Virus record (IMG/VR): IMGVR_UViG_3300033562_001313
Span: 1 to 37,897 of that record
Origin: a virus
Taxonomy: Duplodnaviria; Caudoviricetes
Direction: 5' to 3' (one strand)
Length of the DNA stretch: 37,897 bases
Numbering within the stretch: position 1 is the first letter of the stretch; each line of letters opens with the position of its first letter. A model generated the notes under the pieces. It was not told the origin of the DNA, did no database searches, and saw only the letters and a list, made by a program, of their open reading frames with translations. The translations under genes were made by a program, and so were the position numbers. Positions 35,476 to 37,897 of this stretch are shown here, piece after piece.

Positions 35476-35891
35476 AATTCTGCCTCAAGTTTTTTCATCT
35501 TTAGCCGGGCTGATCTTGCCCGCTGATATTCCTGCGCCCATTGCAGCAAGACCTTCTCCTGTTCGCCGATCACCAGCGCCCCCACCGGCCCGGCCATCAC
35601 CTGCAGCGGCAGGATAGAGCCGCCAATCTCACAAAATACTGGGATAGCCGTGGGGGAGGGGATATGTTCCTTATCCTCAGGATTAAGCCACTTTTCAAAC
35701 GTCGCCATGGTCAAACCATTGCCGTTACCGCGCACCAGGCGCACGCCGAAACGGTCGGCAAGCAGATTCATCTGCTCAAGGTATTCAACCCTCGACAAGC
35801 CACTGCCGGTCACCACAGCGGCCATGCATTCCTTCAGTTCGCGGGTGATATTAAAACTGCCCTGTTTAAAAAGGCTAAGCTGCTTAACCAT
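35472..35891 (-). CDS. Phage regulatory protein (CII-like)
   Basis: FEKWLNPEDKEHIP...FC....PLQVMA. Confidence 0.65.
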   Translation of the reverse strand: MVKQLSLFKQGSFNITRELKECMAAVVTGSGLSRVEYLEQMNLLADRFGVRLVRGNGNGLTMATFEKWLNPEDKEHIPSPTAIPVFCEIGGSILPLQVMAGPVGALVIGEQEKVLLQWAQEYQRARSARLKMKKLEAEL

Positions 35892-35981
35892 TAATAAATC
35901 ACCTTTAAAAATCTCTCTCCCTGCGCTACCCTGTCAGGCCTTGACCAACCAACCATCAATTTCACCCAGGGAGAGAAAATC

Positions 35982-36167
35982 ATGGACAACACGAAAGACC
36001 TGCTGGAAAAAATTTTCACAGCACAAGTGCTTGAAATGGCGGCAAACACCAAATACAGAAAAAAACAGGGCGGCTTAACAAGCACGAGCGATTTCATCAC
36101 CGAGACCATCCAGGAAATTTGCAACAAACAACCGGAGATTGTGCGCTTGCTTCAACAGCAAAAGTAG
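35982..36167 (+). CDS. Small protein antisense to the early operon
   Basis: GGAG RBS; MDNTKDLLEKIFTAQVLEMA helical sequence. Confidence 0.5.
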   Translation: MDNTKDLLEKIFTAQVLEMAANTKYRKKQGGLTSTSDFITETIQEICNKQPEIVRLLQQQK

Positions 36168-36378
36168 TCCCAACGCTCGCAGTGCTGGCTATCCATCCTT
36201 CACAGTCCCGCAGTACGGCGAGCGCTTGACTTATCACCACGCCCTCAAGTGCGGCGCAAACCGCAAATATTTTTTCCTGGAACTCATTGTCGGTGAGGTA
36301 CACCAACTGATTTTTCTCTTTCGGCCGCGGTGGTGCCGGCGGTTGTCCTGGCCAACTGGTCATCTGCAATACCTCCAA
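36097..36378 (-). CDS. Hypothetical early protein
   Basis: ORF with GGAGG RBS (likely start MTSW). Confidence 0.5.
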   Translation of the reverse strand: MEVLQMTSWPGQPPAPPRPKEKNQLVYLTDNEFQEKIFAVCAALEGVVISQALAVLRDCEGWIASTASVGTTFAVEASAQSPVVCCKFPGWSR

Positions 36379-36381
36379 TTT

Positions 36382-36576
36382 TTAAGAAAAAACCCAAGAA
36401 GCCCACACCAAGAGGGCCACCTCAATTACTGTATCCCAGGCGACAATTTTTAATTCTCGCACCTTATCTTGCTCATACAAGGTGATGATCTTTCCTCCGA
36501 CGCTGAGCGCCAGCCAGACCATCATTGCGTAGCACCAAATTTTCACCGTCCGAGCCCTCCCCTCTTTACCGTCCAA
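36382..36576 (-). CDS. Small two-TM membrane protein
   Basis: Two hydrophobic segments; first gene of the early operon. Confidence 0.5.
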   Translation of the reverse strand: MDGKEGRARTVKIWCYAMMVWLALSVGGKIITLYEQDKVRELKIVAWDTVIEVALLVWASWVFS

Positions 36577-36659
36577 AACAACCTGAAAATCTCACGTTGT
36601 TTTGACTGGAATATTTTGCTATCCTGTATGATAAATATGCATACTTTAGTACAAGCATT

Positions 36660-36844
36660 AGATGCAGAATAGCGATATATCGAAGTACGGTCAAGCGATA
36701 TTTTTTACTTTCAACTTGAAAATTCAATATATCGAACAGCAAAAACTGTTATCATGTTATTATCATTACAAATACAAGACAAACCAAAAGATAAAAATTC
36801 TTTCGGTTTTACTTTCAAGTTCGTAACCTTAAGTTGAAAGAGTT
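36660..36844. promoter_or_regulatory. Divergent early/repressor control region with operator-like repeats
   Basis: CTTTCAA(C/G)TT at 36708-36717, 36812-36821 and inverted at 36831-36840; ATATATCGAA twice; AT-rich. Confidence 0.6.
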
Positions 36845-37333
36845 ATGACAGAGAATACATTCGGAAAAAGACTTCAGATTGTCGTCGACATTGTGGGGAG
36901 TGCAGCGGCTCTTTCCCGAAAAACTTCAATATCTGCTAGTTTGATACGAGGATATATCGAAGAAACAAATGACCCATCCAGAAAAAAACTAATAGCTATT
37001 GCCGAAGCGGCACAAGTTTCAACAGAATGGCTAGCCACCGGCAAAGGGCCGATGCGCCCAGGTGAAAAAGAGGAAAAGTGCGAACACGAGCCCCTTAAAC
37101 TTCATGGTAAGGGCCGTCTTTTTGAAAAAAATCCTGGGTTTGACCCGGATATTATGGGCCAGATTTATTCTCTGTTATCTGACTTTAAAGACAATAATCC
37201 TGGTGCATTAACAAAAGAAAAGGAAATAGATGTGATAACGGTAACATATAGCCTATGTCAACCGGACGTGAGAACCGAAGCAAAACTGATCTGCTCAATA
37301 GTGATGGCCGTAATCAACGGAAAACCGTCCTGA
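36845..37333 (+). CDS. Phage repressor (XRE HTH, no S24 peptidase)
   Basis: FGKRL...AALSRKTSIS...IAEAAQVSTEWLATGKGPM; divergent from the early operon. Confidence 0.85.
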   Translation: MTENTFGKRLQIVVDIVGSAAALSRKTSISASLIRGYIEETNDPSRKKLIAIAEAAQVSTEWLATGKGPMRPGEKEEKCEHEPLKLHGKGRLFEKNPGFDPDIMGQIYSLLSDFKDNNPGALTKEKEIDVITVTYSLCQPDVRTEAKLICSIVMAVINGKPS

Positions 37334-37540
37334 TTGAGAACAGACAAAATACCTGTCCCTATATATATAGGCTGATTTTCCCGTTCCCTCCCACAACAGG
37401 CAAGCCATAAAAGGATAGCAAAGAGATTGCGGACAGTAAAAAATTACGAAGAACTAATTGAAGTGATTTATGGTATCGGCGATCCAAGACATGGAGACAA
37501 AAAAATAAAACACCTCATCTCCTAAAATTCTTTTCAAAAC

Positions 37541-37713
37541 ATGTCTCAAATCAGTCGTAAAAATATTAAAATATGTCCATTTTCTCGTTACGATTGATTT
37601 GAGACCACTTTTTTCTTTCTCCCAACTTAAACCATAGAATCCACAACCAATTTATAATTATTTAACCCACATCCCCTTGGTTTTGCTGGTTTCAAAGCAA
37701 GCAGTGCCCTACA
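37541..37713. repeat. Repressor-proximal phage end with transposase-binding-type sites
   Basis: Inverted pair 37541-37560 / 37588-37607 (17/20, core TTTGAGAC); TGGTTTCAAA next to the terminal CTACA. Confidence 0.75.
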
Positions 37714-37897
37714 TTTCCAGCTACTGGCGTTTAATTGATCACTTCCATTCTCCTACCGCGGTCCTTAAAGCCACCGGAAAAGAGTTGCTTCTGGTGCAGG
37801 GTCTGCGCCGGCAAGGAGTTATCGGACCCTTTCCCCTGGCTGAAACTTTGCGGCGCGGACAACAGGAACTTGACCATCTGGCGACAATTGGTGCATG
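37714..37897 (+). pseudogene. dprA: Host dprA-like gene fragment interrupted near its 5' end
   Basis: SSYWRLIDHFHSPTAVLKATGKELLLVQGL...QQELDHL resembles the DprA N-terminal SAM-like domain. Confidence 0.55.

Larger units (their letters stand above)
127..37713 (-). mobile_element. Mu-like transposable (pro)phage, sipho-type tail, apparently complete
   Basis: TGTAG at 127 and CTACA at 37709-37713; the terminal 27 bp match 19/27 as inverted repeats; MuA/MuB/GemA/Mor and Mu-type head genes occur in canonical order. Confidence 0.95.

Noticed and set aside
37334-37525. Possible ORF after the repressor
   Set aside because: The open stretch lacks a convincing start codon and RBS
127-37713. Genome-wide TAG recoding
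   Set aside because: Only one internal TAG was noticed; TAG serves as a normal stop elsewhere (7290, 19279, 26956) and long genes are intact

Overview
The window holds an apparently complete Mu-like transposable phage of about 37.6 kb (127-37713), bounded by TGTAG...CTACA with transposase-binding-type repeats. It has a non-contractile (sipho-type) tail, and almost all genes are on the minus strand. From right to left: repressor; early genes (Ner-like, DDE transposase A, AAA ATPase B, DUF3164, GemA, Mor/C activator); a P1-like C4-antisense/antirepressor module; a ~5 kb late-promoter cassette of signal-peptide proteins containing an unusual dead-HNH/sigma-2 fusion; lysis; terminase, portal, MuF-nuclease, protease and capsid; tail; and two terminal accessory genes. 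The short host flanks come from two different genes (antiporter-like on the left, dprA-like on the right) with no target duplication. Features not in the ORF track that I read from the sequence are a type II hammerhead ribozyme, a -1 frameshift tail chaperone, an H-type pseudoknot after the MuF nuclease, a 55-aa (D/E)RR-repeat peptide between 22-bp direct repeats, an amber-interrupted gene, a holin and two matched late promoters. All family assignments are by motif recognition and synteny only; no searches were run.
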